Assembly: GCA_025594325.1 (NCBI GenBank)
Contig: JANHCV010000002.1
Span: 1,302,001-1,366,000, forward strand
Length of the DNA: 64,000 bases
From: Blastocladiella emersonii ATCC 22665
Taxonomy: Eukaryota > Fungi > Blastocladiomycota
Direction of reading: 5' to 3'
Made by a program: the position numbers and the translations under genes. The notes beneath the pieces are model-generated. The model saw only the letters and a program-made list of their open reading frames with translations. It was not told the origin of the DNA and searched no databases. Position 1 is the stretch's first letter, and each line of letters starts with the position of its first letter. This document shows positions 11,161 through 24,800 of this stretch, piece after piece.

Positions 11161-13918
11161 ATGAAGCAATCCGCGAAACCGGCCAAGCGCGCCGCGCCCG
11201 CGCCCGCCGGCGCCAACAAGAAGCAGCGCAAGAACTTCTTTAACGCGCCCGGCAAGAAGGCCGCCAAGGCCGCGGCCGATGCGGCTGAGCCCACCGCCAC
11301 CGCCGAGGAGCCCGTTGCCGAGGCCGAGGCCGCTGCGTCCGACGACACGACCCTCGATCTGAGCGCCATGGACTCGTGGGGGTGGAAGCCCGTCCCGATC
11401 CCCAAGGGCGCGCTGCTCTCGTCGTCGGGGTCCGACGACAGCAGCGGCTTCATGATGCTCGAGGAGCTGTCGGGCGTCGAGCTCGTCACCACCGGCTCCG
11501 ACCGCGAGGGCAAGCTCATCTCCTTCAAGAAGGCCACCCCGGCCGCCGCGGGCGCCGCCGGTAAGAAGTCAAGGAAGGCCAAAAAGGCCGCCGCCGAAGA
11601 GGAGGACATTCTCGCCGCCGCCGCCGCCGCTGCGTCCGTCGCCTCGGACTGCCCCTTCACCGAGGAGGAGATGGCCGCCATGGGCTTCATCCACGTCGAC
11701 ACTATCCTCGACGACGATCACCCCGACGACGTCAAGCGGCTCAAGCGTCAGGCCGCCAACGAGGCTGCGCGGCTCGCTGCGGAGCAGCAGGACGACGAGA
11801 GCGACGACGAGGAGGAAGAGGAGGACGCTAGCGACTTCGACATGGCCGCCGCCGGCGACGATGACGAGTCCGACGTCGAGATCGTCTCGGGCAGCGAGGA
11901 CGGCGAGGGCTGGGGAACCTCGTCCGACGCTGAGGCGGACGCGGCCGACTCGGACGACGACGATGAGGAGGCCGCCGAGCAGGCGCCCGCGACTGACGCC
12001 ATGGACGTGGACTCGGACGCCGAGCCCGAGGAGGAGCACGACGTTTCCGAAGTGTCGCCCGCCACTGCTCCCACCCCCGCTGCAACCCCCGCCGCAACCC
12101 TCGCCGCCCCAGTGCCGCGCCCCGAGCCCGCCGCGCCCGAGTTTGACGCCGACATGGCGTCGGCGTGGACCGCCGCGTCGCCCAAGCTGAGCGCGTGGCT
12201 CGTCAAGGGTCTGTCGGACCTCGGCTTCACGTCGCCGACGGCGATCCAGGCCAAGTCGCTGCCGCTCGCCATCGACCGCACGCGCAACGTGGTCGGTGCC
12301 GCCGAGACCGGTTCCGGTAAGACGCTGGCGTTCGGTCTGCCGATCCTCAACTACATTGCGACGAGCCGCGTCGTGCTGCACCAGCCCGTCGGCCTGATCC
12401 TGTCGCCGACGCGCGAGCTCGCGCTGCAGATCACCGAGCACCTGCGCGCCGTCGCCAAGCCCTTCTCCTTTTCGCACAAGCTCAACCGCGTCAACATCGT
12501 CCCGCTCGTCGGCGGCTTCTCCGAGGAGAAGCAGCGCCGCCTGCTCGCGGCCGACCCGCACATCATCGTCGCGACGCCCGGCCGACTGTGGGACCTGATC
12601 GAGTCGGGCCAGTTCGACGCCGACAAGGTGCAGGCCGTCAAGTTCCTCGTGCTCGACGAGGCCGACAAGATGCTCGAGAAGGGCAAGTTCAAGGAGCTCG
12701 AGAACCTCGTCGGCCTGCTCACCGCCAAGGTCATCACGTCCGAGTGGTCCGCCGACGACACGGCGCTCGCCGGCGGCGCGGGTCTCGCGGGCGACGCCAA
12801 GCAGCCTCAGCAGCCCCAGCGCCAGATGCTCGTCTTCTCGGCGACGCTCCCGACGTCGGGCCCGACGTACACGTTCCGCGGCAAGCCCCTCACGCTCAAG
12901 CTGCTGCTCAGCAAGCTCAAGCTCAAGACGTACGCGACGGTTGACGTGACGGGCGGCGACAAGGGCACGGCGGCGAACCTGATCGAGTCGCGCATCGACA
13001 CGTCGGCCGAGGACAAGGACGCGGTCCTGTACTACCTGCTGTCGCGGTACCCGGGCCGCACGCTCGTCTTCGTCAACGCCATCTCGTCGATCCGGCGCCT
13101 GGTGCCCATCCTCGGCCACCTGCGCATGGCCGTGTACCCGCTGCACGCGCAGATGCAGCAGCGGCAGCGCGTCAAGAACCTCGAGCGGTTCGCCGCGTCG
13201 GACAACGGGATCCTGATCGCGTCGGACGTGGCGAGTCGCGGACTCGACATCAAGAACATCGACCACGTCATCCACTACCAGGTCCCGCAGACGACCGACC
13301 TGTACGTGCACCGCAGTGGGCGCACGGCGCGCGCCAACGCCGAGGGCCTGAGTATCGTGCTCGTGACGCCCAAGGAGCTCCCCGCGTACCGCAAGATCTG
13401 CACCCAGCTCGACAAGTCGGCGATCCCCGAGTTCCCCGTCGAGGTCCAGTTCCTCGCCGCGTTCCGCAAGCGGTTCAACCTCGCCAAGCAGCTCGACCTC
13501 CTCGGCCACGCCAAGCAGAAGGAGGCCCACGCCAAGTCGTGGGAGCGCAAGATGGCCGAGGCGCTCGAGGTCGATCTGTCCGAAGAGTACGTTTCTCTGT
13601 CTCACATCGCTCCCGGGGATCACACTCACACGTTGTCTCGACTGTAGCGAGGTCGACTCGGACGAAGAACGCCGCGCGACGGACCGCACGCAGTCCGAGG
13701 CGATGCGGCTGCGGTCGCAGCTCGACGCGCTGCTCGAGCGCGCGATCCTGCCGCGCGGCACCAAGCGCCGGTACATCAACGCCGGGCTCGCCGAGGCGCT
13801 CAACACGTCCGCCAACAAGGCCATGCCGACGGTCGCGCAGTCGGCGCTCCAGGAGCTGCGCGTCCTGCGCAAGCAGAAGCGCACCGACCAGAAGAAGGTC
13901 AAGAAGGGCGTCGCGTAA
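11161..13918 (+). CDS. MAK5: DEAD-box RNA helicase MAK5/DDX24; intron 13587-13647
   Basis: Q motif GFTSPTAIQ, AETGSGKT, PTRELA, TPGRL, DEAD, SAT, RGLDI, YVHRSGRTAR; acidic N-terminus with MMLEEL motif; basic C-terminus. Confidence 0.88.
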
Positions 13919-13994
13919 CGAGTCGCGGGAAGTGATGAGACGAGGTCTTTACATACATAGGTTTCTTATTATTATTCGAGCGCGTTGGAGCAAG

Positions 13995-15908
13995 CTACTC
14001 GGCCGGGTGCTGGGCTGCCGCGGCGGCGGCGGCGGAGGCGGCCGCCATGTACTGCGCGTACCACGCCGCGTACTCGGGCGAGTTGTACTGCTCCTCGGTC
14101 AGGCTGCCGGAGCTCATGTCGAAGGGCGGCGGCGGGAGCTCGGGCGCGGCAGCGCTGGGCTGCTCCGTTGCTGCTGTTGCTGGTTCCGCGGCGGCAGCGG
14201 GCTCGGCCTCCTTGGCGGCGGCCGACGGCTCTGCGGCGGCCTCGGAAGCGCTTGGTGGCTCCTCTGCGGCCTTCTCCTCGCCCGTCGAGGCGGCGGCGCC
14301 GGCACCCGTCTGCTGCTGCTGCGGCAGTGGTGGCATCGGCTGGCCCGTGGACGCGAGCTGCCAGTAGTAGGCGTAGTACTGCTGGTAGTACTGCTGGTAC
14401 TTGGCGTAGTCGTCCTGGTTCTTGACGACGTCGGCCGACGGCTCGGGCGCCGCGGGGACAGCCGAGGCCGCCGCCGCCGCAGCAGCAGCAGCAGCAGCCG
14501 CCGCGGCGGCCGCGGCGTAGTCGACGGGCGCCGCCATGGGCGCAGCGACGCCGTACGCGGCAGCGTAGTCGGCGGCGGGCGGGTACTGCGCGTGCTGCTG
14601 CGCGTAGGGGTCCATTGGCGCGGCGGCAGCCGCGGGCATGGGCCGGTCGCGGTCGCGGCTGTAGCTGCTGCCCGTGTCGTAAAAGGAGCCGTTACGGTCG
14701 TCGTCGCGGAACCCGCCGCCGCTGGGCCCGCCGCGGTCGTAAAAGTCACGGTCACGGTCACGGTCACGGTCACGGTCGCGGTCGTACCCGCCGCCGCCGC
14801 GGCCGCCAAACCGGCTGCCGCGCTCGGCCTTCCAAACCTCGTAGTCGGCCTTGATCTGGTTGAGCAGGTCGGCGAGCAGGCTGCGCGCGGCGTTCATGGA
14901 CTCCTCGCCCTGGGTGGACGAGATGAAGACGTGGAGGGGCTCGTCGGCCTCGCGGCCCGTGGCGGTCTCGGTGTAGCCGGACCCGAGGCCGCGCAGCTGG
15001 ACGCGGGCGTTGGACGCGGTCTGGATGTGCTTGACGTAGGCGCCGCGCGGGCCGACGATCTTGGCGCGGATGTGGAAGTCGCGGTCGGGCTCCCAGTCGA
15101 TGGTCACCTTGCCGGTGAGCACGTTGCTCATGGTGCGCGCGGACCCGTAGCCGTACGTGGACCCGCCGGGGCCGCCGGGACCACCGGGCCCGCCCTCGCC
15201 GCGATCGGGCCGGTCGGGTCGCGGCGCGAAGGTGGCGCGCTCCGAGAGCGCCGGGTCGGGCGGGCGGTCCATGAGCTCGCGGATCTTGTTGGCGGCGGCG
15301 TCGAGCACGTCCTTCTTGGTCGCCGACAGGTGCAGGTGCAGCGGCGGGTCCATGGCGGTGGCCTTGGACCGGTCGGGGAAGTACTTTCCGCGGGTGGTGA
15401 TCTCGCACCCGGTCTCGCGCTTGATCTCCTGCTGCGTCTGGCTCTTGGTCAGCATGTACCGGTTGCGGCAGTCGTTGATGTCGATGTCCTCGGTGAAGTT
15501 CTCAAAGTGCTGCGGGTGCACGGGCAGGTCAGGCTCGTCGCTGCGGTGGTGGTGGTTACTGGCGAGACTGCTGCTGGTGAAGCTCCCGCCCGCGGCCGCG
15601 GCCGCCGCGAGCTCCTGCGCCTTGAGCAGCGCGGCGCGCTTGGCCTCCTCGATGGCGCGCGCGCGGTCCGCGTCCGACAGCGCCGACAGCGACGACGTCG
15701 AGCCGTTGCCCGACGGCGCAGGGTGGTGGTGGTGGTCCCCCGCGGCGGCGGCGCGCGACGCGGGCGGCGTCACGACCGGCGCCGGGTCGGCGGCCTGGTC
15801 CCAGCGGCGGCGGCGCGTCGGCTCCCTATACGCAGTCGTGACACGTCAGTTTCGAGTGGGGCGGGGAACAGTGGCAGAGCGAACGCACCGTGTCGGTTCG
15901 CCAGACAT
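13995..15908 (-). CDS. KH-domain RNA-binding protein (KHDC4/BLOM7-like); intron 15826-15888
   Basis: RRRRWDQ N-terminal motif after splicing; EDIDIND..RYMLTK..TQQEI..ETG..ITTRGKY and IVGPRGAYVKHIQ KH motifs; RD dipeptide repeat and Y/Q-rich tail. Confidence 0.82.
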
Positions 15909-16223
15909 GGTGGTGGTGACGGCGGCGGTTTCCGGCTCGATGCGTGGGGTCGATGCGTGGGGTGCAGCGCGCCGGACGGTTGCAGCGAGTCCGTGAAGGT
16001 GTTTTGCGTGCTTGGTCGGTGGCAGCGAGGGAGAGGAGGGGACCGCGACGGCGACGACGGCAGCGCGACAAGTCTCGAAGCGTCACGCCGCGTCACACGG
16101 CGCGTCTCCACTTCCCTTCTCGCTCGCGCCGATCACTTGTTCTCTCCCTTGAGCTCAAGGAACCCCACCTTGTATGGATCTTAACTAGCGCATAGTCGCA
16201 GCACGCATCAACATCACGAAGAA

Positions 16224-17998
16224 ATGGGGCCCCAACTCGTCCAGGGTGCGCTCTCCGCCCTCGAGCGCCCATCAGCGACCACCATCGCTTACCCGACCCA
16301 CCGCTAGTCGCCCCGGGCGTCGAGCAGCAGTCCGAGGCCGAGCGCATGGTGCTGTGCTGCGCGGGGATCGTGCGCGACCTCGTCGACTCGGTGCTGGCCA
16401 AGAACGCGGACGTGAACCTGAACGGGCTGCGGTCCAAGTGGTCCAAGCGGTACAAGCTGGCGGGCCAGCCGCGCCTCGTCGACATCATTGCGGCGATCCC
16501 GCACGAGCACCGCGCCGCGCTGGTCCCGCGCCTGCGCGCCAAACCCGTGCGCACCGCCTCGGGCGTCGCCGTCGTCGCCGTCATGTGCAAGCCGCACCGG
16601 TGCCCGCACATTGCCATGACGGGCAACATCTGCGTCTACTGCCCCGGCGGGCCCGACTCGGACTTTGAGTACTCGACGCAGTCGTACACCGGGTACGAGC
16701 CAACCTCGATGCGCGCGATCCGTGCCCGGTACAACCCGTTCGAGCAGTCGCGCGGCCGCATCCTGCAGCTGCAGTCGCTCGGCCACTCGTGCGACAAGGT
16801 CGAGTACATTGTCATGGGCGGCACCTTCATGGCGCTCCCCGAAGAGTACCGCCACTGGTTCATTGCGCGCCTGCACGACGCGCTGTCGGGCCACGAGTCG
16901 GGCGGGGACGTGGACGAGGCCGTGCGCATGTCGGAGCAGAGCCCCGTCAAGTGCGTTGGCATCACGATCGAGACGCGGCCCGACTACTGCCTCAAACCGC
17001 ACATCTCGCAGATGCTGCGGTACGGGTGCACGCGGCTCGAGATCGGCGTGCAGAGCGTGTACGAGGACGTGGCGCGCGACACGAACCGCGGCCACACGGT
17101 CAAGGCCGTGTGCGAGTCGTTCCACCTCGGCAAGGACGCCGGGTACAAGATCGTCGCGCACATGATGCCGGACCTGCCGAATGTGGGAATGGAGCGCGAC
17201 CTCGAGCAGTTCAAGGAGTACTTTGAGAACCCGGCGTTCCGGTCCGACGGGCTCAAGATCTACCCGACGCTCGTGATCCGCGGCACGGGCCTGTACGAGC
17301 TGTGGCGCACCGGCCGGTACCGCAACTACACGCCCAACGAGCTCGTCGACCTGGTCGCGCGCATCATGGCGCTGGTCCCGCCGTGGACCCGCGTGTACCG
17401 CGTGCAGCGCGACATCCCGATGCCGCTCGTCACGTCGGGCGTCGAGCACGGCAACTTGCGCGAGCTCGCCCTCGCGCGCATGCGCGACCTCGGCGTGACC
17501 TCGCGCGACGTGCGCACGCGCGAGGTCGGGATCCAGGAGGTGCACCACCGCGTGTCGCCGACCGACGTCGAGCTCGTGCGCCGCGACTACGCGGCCAACG
17601 GCGGCTGGGAGACGTTCCTGGCGTACGAGGACCCGGCTCAGGACATTTTGATTGGCCTGCTGCGCCTGCGCAAGTGCTCCGAGGACGGGACCTTCCGCCC
17701 CGAGCTGCGCGTCGACGGTGTGCCGCAGTCGGTCGTGCGCGAGTTGCACGTCTACGGGTCCGTCGTGCCCGTCCACTCGCGCGACCCGACTCGGTTCCAG
17801 CACCAGGGGTTCGGCACGCTCCTCATGGAGGAGGCCGAGCGCATCGCCCGCGACGAGCACGGCAGCTGCAAGCTCTCGGTCATCTCGGGCGTCGGCACCC
17901 GCGACTACTACCGCAAGCTCGGCTACGAGACGGACGGGCCGTACATGTCCAAGTGGCTCGATCGCGAGCCCGGCGATGACGGATGGGGCCGCTTCTAG
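16224..17998 (+). CDS. ELP3: Elongator catalytic subunit (radical SAM + GNAT); intron 16246-16307
   Basis: [65 protein letters not shown] motifs. Confidence 0.97.
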
Positions 17999-19084
17999 GT
18001 CCGCTCGAGTAATAGACGTTTAGTTCCCCACAGTTCTCTCCTGACTCGGCCACAACTCGACCCGCCGCTGCAGATCACACCGGCGCGCTGATGCCGTCAC
18101 TGTCCGTCGCGATCCTGTCGCCACTGCTGGACCAGGATGTTGGATGAACTCGTCGAGCAGCGCGCTGCCCTCGCTTCAGTTTCTGCACTTGCATGATGGA
18201 TGGTGCTCCGCCGAGGATTAACTAGCGTCGTACGTAGACGGCGCGGATGCACACGCTCGAAAGGAAGGCGAGGCGAGCAGCGAACAGCGAGACCGCGAGA
18301 GGCGCGAGAGACGCGAGAAACGCGAGAAACGCGCGGTCACATGATATCGCAACGCGTCTCGCATCGCACACGAGGCGGCGCCCCGGCCTCAGGCCGGCAG
18401 GTCGCTGGATCACACTTCAGAACGTGCACATGGTGAGCCAGTTGATCGGCCAGATGATGACGGCGGCTTACGCGATGCCCCTCGCGGTCACGTAAGACGC
18501 TTATTTGAGCGGCGCGACGATCACCGATCCCGGACAACTGCGCCATCTTCAGCACGCGATGCGACGACGAGCTGCACCCTCATTGACAGCCGCGGACAAG
18601 TTAGACGAAGGTGAAGCGCCTCCCCCGCGAGCCCAGCGACCTCGACGGCTGGGGTCACATCGCTCGTGGCCGAGGACGGACCACACGCCGTCCGCCAGCC
18701 GTCCCTTCCGCTCTCCTCTCCCCGGCCAGCCACGTCTTGGCCGACCGCGTGTCCGGGGCCTGCCACGGCGACGAGGCGCCGTTATCGCTGCTAACGCGGC
18801 GCCACGCCAGGCAGAGGCGCTCGATCGCAGGCGCGGTATGACGCATCGAGGGACGCCGGACCGGAAAAGTGGGCGACGCGCCGCGCTCTTCCGCCCCGCC
18901 CGCGTAACCGCGCTCCCGCTCCCAAACACGCCAGCGAATGAAATAAAATATCGGGCACTCGGTGCAACACCCCGTCTCCCTCAAGTACTCTGCGGATCCG
19001 GAAGGGACGGCGCTCTCCACTTGTCCGACTGCCGACGTCAGCTTCTCCGCTCCTTCACCGTGTCTCCCAACGCATCAACCGACC

Positions 19085-21720
19085 ATGCCGAAACAACAAC
19101 AAGCTCAGTCCGACGCTGCGGACCACGTCAAGCGGCCCCGCATCTTCCAGGTACGTGGGTTCCCCCGCCCGACTGCGCCACCATCCTGCCTTGTTGCTCA
19201 CACCCTCATGTTCCCCTCCTGCAGGCCTGCGACGAGTGCCGCCGCCGCAAGTCCAAGTGCGACGGGCAGCTGCCGTGCAAGCACTGCAGCGCCAACGCGC
19301 GGCAGTGCCAGTACGCGACCAACTCGAAGCGCAAGTCGCGCAACGCGCCCAAGTCGAGCGAGTCGCTCGCCCGCTGCGCCGACCCGAACGCGCTGCTGCT
19401 CAACGGCAACGGGTCCGCCGACGCCTCGGCCGCCGAGGGCTCGTCGCGGTCCAGCCCCTTCTCGGGCACCGAGTCGAGCCCCGACCCGGCACCATCCTCC
19501 TCGTCATCCTCGACGGCCGTCGTCCCCACCACGTTCCAGGTCCGCGCCTCACCGCCCGCGTCGTCGGGCCGCGCCGACATTGACCAGCACGACATTGACG
19601 AGCTGAGCGACAACCTGCTGTTCATTGTGCAGCTGGACGGCGACGGGCGCGCCAAGTCGTTCGCCAACCTTGGTCCCAGCAACGGCATCTCGACGCTGCG
19701 CGCGTGGTCGCAGACGCTGAGCGAGGGCGCCATCCACCACATCCACAACGCGCCGTCGGCGACGCGCGAGGCGCGCCGCGAGCTCAAGCTGTTCCCGCCG
19801 CGCCCGCTCGTCGACATGCTGCTCGGCGTGTACTTTGACTCGATGCACCGGTGGGTGCCGATCGTGGACCGCGCCGCGGTCGACGCCGAGCTCGCCTCGC
19901 CCACGCCCAACTACCTCTACCTGTACTCGATCCTCGCCATCGGCGCGCTGCACCACGAGGTCACCAACGGGCTGACCGTCACCAACACGCCCGTGCTGCT
20001 GTCGTGGGTGTTTGCCGAGCGCGCCAAGACGCGCCTGATGCCGATCGGGTCGGCGAACCTTCTGTCGATCGAGTCGCTCCAGGGTATGGCGCTGCTCGCC
20101 TACTACTCGATGAACCTGCACGGCAACGCGAGCTGGAGCATCCTCGGCATCGCGGCGCGTGGGGCGATAGATATGGGCCTAAATCATAATCCAACGGCCA
20201 ACCATTTCTTGCGCGGACGCGTCTGCGTACCGACGTGGGCGCTGACCATGGCCGCCATCTACTCGCTCGACCGGTTCGAGGCCCTCGTCAAGGGCCGCCC
20301 GATCATGCTGCAGGACACCGACTGCTGCTTCGTCACGGGCAACGAGTTCCTGCGCACGCGTGAGAACGAGGCGCGGTACGACGCGTCGCGGCTGCTCGAG
20401 CCCGACCACTACTTCGTGTGGTCGCTGCGCCTCGCCGAGATCACGGGCAAGGTGTCGACCACGCTCAACTCGATCGCGCACCGCCGCGACCTGCCCTTCT
20501 CGCTGCCCTTCCTCCACGGCCTGCTGACGGCGTTCCGCGCGCAGCTGCCCGCGCGGCTGCAGTTCAACCCGGCCGAGCCCGACCCCGTCACGCGCATCCA
20601 GGCCGCGACCATCAACCTGCGGTACTACGGGCTCGTCGTCTCGCTGTACCGGCCGCTGCTCTCGGGCCGGGCGGCGACGCTCATCGACTCGCCGCTAAAG
20701 CAGCAGTACCTGTCGCTGCTCGAGGGCACCTTCTGCGCCATGATCACCATCCTCGAGTCCACGCGCGCCGACCTGACGCACTACAGCAACATGCTGATGC
20801 ACGAGCTCATCGTGATCCTGTCGGTCGCCGTGGTCCTCGTCACGCACGACCACAGCGCCGGGCGGTCCACGAGCCGCTCAGTCATCGAGTACCTCGACCG
20901 GCTGTACGCGTTCGTCGCGCAGGCGAGCGCCGTGTGGCCGTTCATGACGCGGCCCGCGCGCATCGTACTCGACATCCGCGCGTCTATCCAGCAGGAGGCC
21001 CTCGACACGTCGGCGCTCGACGAGCAGCTCAACCTGTCGGCGGTCCGGTACAACGGCCAGATCGAGGCCGTCACGGACCTGTTCGAGTCGCCGCCCGACG
21101 CGCAGCAGCTCGCCGTCGCCCGCCTGTCGACGTGGTACCTCGACATGCGCCGCGCCTCGCTGCACGCGGCCACCGCCGCGCCGTCCGCTGCCAGCGCCGC
21201 CGCCGCCATGGCCGCGATGCGCCCCGGCGTCGTCCCCGCCCGCGTCCCGCTGTCCGTCGGCCAGCCCGGCACCACCAACGGACCCATGTTCAACTGCCAC
21301 GCACCGCCGTCGCCGCCGCTCGAGCGCCAGCGGCACAACGACCCGCTGCCGCCCGGCCCGCTCACGTTCGGCCAGCCGGCGCCGGCCGCCGCGACGGTTC
21401 TCCCCGGTCTCGCGGCGCCGATCCCCGGCGGGTTCACGGCGCCGTTCGTGTCGCTGCCGTCGATCCCGGACGTGCTGACGGCGAGCGATCTCGCGTCGAT
21501 TCTCGGTACCAGCACGAGCACGAGCACGAGCACTCCTGGCGGCGGCGGGTGGTCCGAGGCGACGAGCGCGGCTGCGTCGCCGGTCCCGTTCGGGCTGGGT
21601 CTCGACACGATGCTCCTGGGCGAGACGACCACGGGTGCGACGCCCGTGCCGCAGCTCGACTTTGACGCGTTCCTCGCGAGTATCGAGTCGGGCAACGTGT
21701 ACATGCCGCAAGGGACGTGA
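19085..21720 (+). CDS. Zn(II)2Cys6 transcription factor with fungal-specific TF middle domain; intron 19151-19224
   Basis: ACDECRRRKSKCDGQLPCKHC....C binuclear cluster split by a GTACGT...CAG intron; YF...H...PIVD, A.DMGL, DRF..L..GRP middle-homology motifs. Confidence 0.9.
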
Positions 21721-21843
21721 GCGAGCGAGCGAGCGTGTTTAATATAACGGAGAAAGTAGTTTTAAACGAATGAATATGGAGAGCACGAAGATGAGCGTGC
21801 GCGAGCAAATGTAAGGTAAGGGAACAATCACAACTAGCACAAC

Positions 21844-24800
21844 TTAGACGAACGCGGCAGCGCACGCGCCCGCGATCAGGCCGGCGCCCGTGGTGAGGAC
21901 GGCCTTGGGATCCGCAAACAGGCCGGCGCCGAGTCGCGCGGGGGCCGAGGACGGGCGGTCCTGGCACCGGTTGATGAACCCGAGGTCGTCGAAGAGGATC
22001 TCGGCGTCCGTGTTGAACTTCTGGAACGCGATGGCGTAGATGTTGCGCGGGTTGGCGGCCGCGTCGGCGAGCGGGATCATGACCTGCTTCTCGGTGCCGT
22101 CGAAGGTCACGTACTTGGACGCCTTGGCGAACTTCTGCTGGTCGAGCTTGCCCTTGCACCCGTTGGGGCGCGACGACAGCGAGATCTCAAAGTCGGCGCC
22201 CTTGGGCGCCGTCACCTTGAACACGAGGTGCGTGTAGTACGTGTACGCGTCGAAGCACCGCGCGTTGGCGTCGGTGATGCCCGAGTACCAGTACGTCGAG
22301 GCGAGGCGCGACTTGTCGGCCTGGAACACGAGCTTGTCGTCGCGCACCGTGAACTGCTGCGGGTCGCCCGAGGGTTCCTGGTACTGCACCATGAGGTTCT
22401 TGGGGTTGTACTGGCGGTTCCAGTCGTCGATGAGCGCGCCCTTGTACGTGCACTTGGTCTCGGGGCAGTCGAGCACCTCGACGGGCGGGACCAGCAGCGA
22501 GCGGAACGCGGCCACGGGCGACTTCTGGCCCTCGCCGTCGGCGGTCACGGCCGAGACCTGGAACTCGCAGATCGAGGCCACGTCGACGTCGAGCAGGTCC
22601 CACGAGTTGGTGGTGCCGGGGACAATGTGGGTCTTGAAGTTGCCCTTGGGCTCGGCCTGCATGAACTTGGACTCGCGGTAGTAGACAATGTAGTTGGTGA
22701 CGTTGGGCGCGTTCTTGTTGGCCTCGACCGCGGGCGGCTTCCACGACACGGTGCACTTGCGCCAGCCGTCGACCACGTTGACCTGGGCGGGCGGCGCCAC
22801 GGCCTTGTCGGCGGGCGCCTCGGGGAGCGTGAAAGGCTCGAAGGACGCCGTGATGACCGTGTCGTTCTTGTCGACGGTCACGACGCGCTTGAGGTCCTTG
22901 CCGCCCGTCGACCAGCCCGTGAACCGGAACGCCTGGCGGTCCGCGTTCATCTGCACCTCGTTGACCTCGAGCGACAGCGCGCCGCCCTGCAGGCCCGTGA
23001 AGGGGCACGGCGCCGCGCACTCGACCAGGTTGGTGAACACGAACAGTTTCTCCGGGTTGGTCGCGATCTTGACGGTCGCCGACTTGGGCGTCACGTACTT
23101 GGTGAGCGTGACGCGGAGATCGGGCGCGTCGGGGTGCACCACGTCGAGACCGAAGGTGAGGAACGACGGGAAGTCGTGGTCGGGCGACTTGAACGAGCCC
23201 TTGTTGGTGCCCTCGAAGGTGTTGACGAGGTGCGAGTGGCACGACTTGGCGTTGGGGCGGCACACGGGGCCCGGGTAGCAGTGGGCGATCAGGACGGTCC
23301 AGGTGAGCGCCGAGTTGGGGACGACGGACCCGTCCTCCTTCTTGGCCGACACCTCGAAGTTGACGTCGTCGCCGACGCTGAAGGCGTAGTCGGACACGGA
23401 CAGCTTGATGTCGCCCTTGATCTCGTAGCCGGGGAACACCTTGATCTCCTGGGTCGAGACGCCGTTGCCCTTGTCGGAGCGGACGCGCAGCTTGACGGTC
23501 ACAATCTCCTTCTTCTTGAAGGTGAAGGTGCCGTTGACGGAGCCGGTCTGGAAGCCCTGGCCGTAGTCCCACTCGTAGGTCATGGAGCCGCGGAGCGGGT
23601 CGACGGTGCCGGTGCCGTCAAAGTTGACGGTGAGCGGGAGCGCGCCCCACGGCTTGTCGGCCTTGACGCGGACGATGGGCGCGACGCCGCCCTTGCCGAC
23701 GTACTGGTACTTGTACACCTTGCCCTCCCAGATCTGGGTCACGTACAGGGCCTCGTCGGGGCCCCACGTCAGGTCGACGCCCTCCTCGATGCCCGTGAAC
23801 ATCATCTTGAAGTTGGCCGAGTTGACGTCGAGCTTGCCGTCCTTGCGCGAGATGACCCAGGCCGACTTGCGCGTGTAGTCGAGGAACCACACGGACCCCT
23901 TGTAGTTGGCGGGCAGCTTGTCGCCGCGGTACACGGCGACGCCCGTGATGGCCGACTGGCCGCCCGACGTGTTGATCACGTCACCAAACGAGTCGCGGTG
24001 GTTGTAGGCGAAGAGCGCCTTGGTCGTCTCCTTGTCCTGGTCGCGGTAGATGGCCTCGCACTTCTTGAAGTTGCGGTTCTGGACCGTGAGCGTGATCATG
24101 GGGCCCTCGAGGCACGGCCACCCGTAGTTCTTGATCTTGTCCTGCGGCGTCGAGTCGCCCTGGATCGGGTCGATGAGGTTGAGCTCCTCCCAGTCGGCGA
24201 ACCCGACGTCGCCGAGGTAGATCTCGTTGGTCTCCTTGTCGATGGCGAACCGGTACGGGTTGCGGAACCCGAGCGCGTGCGGGCGCAGCTGCGGCTTCTT
24301 GGTGTTGTCGTTGGTCCACGCCTCGAGGTCGGCCTTGGTCACGAACACCATCTTGCCGATCGGGTTGCCGACCGTGAGCGCCTGCATCGACCCGCCCGTC
24401 TCGGGGTCGTTGTTGGTGAGGGTCTTGCACTTGTTGGGCGCCTCGCCAAAGTTGAGCCCGTTGTCGAACAGCGTCATGTCGCCGGCCGACATGACCAGGT
24501 TGCCGTTCTTGTCAAAGTGCAGGTCGCCGACCTGGTGCGTCGTCGACGAGATGCACCAGTCGATGACGATGTTGGTGAAGTTCTCGAGACGCTGCAGGTC
24601 ATTGTTCCACTGGAAGCGCGCCAGGGCGTTGGAGCCCTCACACACGCCCGAGGCGCAGATGTCGTTCTACACGTTTGGAAGATGGTGAGCGAGATGTGGT
24701 CGTCGACGTGGCAAGCAAGTGAGGACGACGTACCCAGAGCGGGGTCGGGCCATCAACGGCGCCGTCACGGCCGTAGAAGACGTAGATCTCGTTGCGCTTG

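Noticed and set aside
14741-14782. (CACGGT)n hexamer array, CAG tracts elsewhere and GT/C runs at about 7045-7075
   Set aside because: Ordinary microsatellites or coding low-complexity (RD repeat, polyQ); not CRISPR-like because there are no unique spacers.
20161-20225. AT-richer stretch inside the Zn2Cys6 gene as a cryptic intron
   Set aside because: It reads in frame and encodes the conserved A.DMGL motif of the fungal TF domain.
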